Both the position numbers and the translations under genes were made by a program. This document shows positions 35,112 to 35,831 of a stretch of 35,831 nt of DNA, one piece after another (the stretch's first letter is position 1; each line of letters starts with the position of its first letter). The notes below the pieces were generated by a model. The model did not search any database. It had not been told where the DNA came from and saw only the letters and a list, made by a program, of their open reading frames with translations. The stretch comes from Octopus bimaculoides. Taxonomy: Eukaryota. The stretch spans positions 91,668,152 to 91,703,982 of the forward strand of contig NC_068985.1 in assembly GCF_001194135.2 (NCBI RefSeq), given 5' to 3'.

Positions 35112-35625
35112 TGCTGGCTAGGCTGGGTGGAGGAGCTTGTCTCCCCATCGCAAACTTAAGGACACAGTAATTGTGTCAAGGCCGACAGGAAGCGGTCCAG
35201 CTTCCTAGGGCTAAACTGCAGTAGTGTGTTCTCTTATTGGGATTGTCACATTAAGTTGACAATATACTACAACTTTATCGCTCCAATACTGCTTAAATCT
35301 CTCTGAGAGATTTATAAAAATTATATTTCTAATTTTGCTGATCAGTGAATAAACTTCACTATGATTTATATAAGTATGCGAAGGCGAAACAGGCTTCTCT
35401 ATACAGCCGGTAATCTACTCCAGGCTCGTCGTACTGATTTGAATTGCTTCTGCCTAGTTTAGTGAGTTGTTTCTGTCCTTTTTGTTGCTGTTTGGTGTGA
35501 TTTTTGTCAAGTTTCAACTGTTGCTCCTATTAAATTGCGCCCTGCGGGGCAAAAATTTTCTTTTTTGCTGCTCTCTTTTAGAGAGATAGCAAACTACCAT
35601 CGTGTAAAACGAAAACTTTTTCAAT

Positions 35626-35831
35626 ATGGATAATGAAATGACCTTTCTACTGTGTGATGAGGACTTTCCTCTTTTACAAGAAGAAATTTGTTTTAATAAT
35701 ACACATGTATTTCAAGTAGACCCAGAAGTAACCAAGGAAGAGAAAAAGGCCAGCAGTTTTTCTTCCGCCGTAGGCGGACAATTTGAAGCAATGGAGGTGA
35801 TACCCGAACAGTGGTACAAGTACAGAAACCT
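35626..35831 (+). CDS. Open reading frame running off the window end, unknown product (possibly a retroelement ORF start)
   Basis: From ATG at 35626: MDNEMTFLLCDEDFPLLQEEICFNNTHVFQVDPEVTKEEKKASSFSSAVGGQFEAMEVIPEQWYKYRN, 68 codons, no stop, complex composition. No family recognised. Confidence 0.35.
   Translation, partial: MDNEMTFLLCDEDFPLLQEEICFNNTHVFQVDPEVTKEEKKASSFSSAVGGQFEAMEVIPEQWYKYRN

Larger units (their letters stand above)
34691..35426. mobile_element. Inverted-plus-tandem ~340-bp hammerhead-bearing repeat (PLE pseudo-LTR or retrozyme-like)
   Basis: 34691-34992 and 35031-35332 are reverse complements (11 mismatches in 302). 35343-35426 is a direct partial copy made of the 38-bp spacer in sense orientation plus the first 46 bp of the right arm (8 mismatches in 84). 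Confidence 0.9.

Noticed and set aside
35121-35220. HDV-like ribozyme in the GC-rich part of the repeat
   Set aside because: Could not place the P1/P1.1/P2/P3 nested pseudoknot or the J4/2 catalytic C; only simple hairpins are supported.
34691-35426. CRISPR array or prokaryotic system
   Set aside because: No short repeat-spacer periodicity anywhere in the window, and the context is eukaryotic repeat DNA.

Overview
AT-rich, microsatellite-dense eukaryotic DNA with many N gaps. The SINE, LINE and microsatellite content looks like a coleoid cephalopod, probably Octopus; this is inferred from remembered repeat families, not from a search. No host protein-coding gene can be supported. Nearly all ORF-track entries are microsatellite or gap artefacts. 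The window is a patchwork of tRNA-derived SINEs, R4/Dong-type RLE-LINE remnants, decayed Tc1/mariner pieces, a Helentron-type (HINE/DINE-like) element, a 5S rRNA 5' fragment and Penelope-like element (PLE) remnants, including a recognisable GIY-YIG endonuclease. The most striking structure is at 34691-35426. It is a ~300-bp inverted duplication (11 mismatches in 302 bp by hand count) followed by a partial direct copy. Each arm carries a minimal type I hammerhead-ribozyme-like motif with a palindromic stem III and a string of hairpins. An ORF starts 200 bp downstream and runs off the window end. An older ~600-bp foldback at 16650-17252 and several other hammerhead-like motifs suggest ribozyme-bearing retroelements colonised this region repeatedly.
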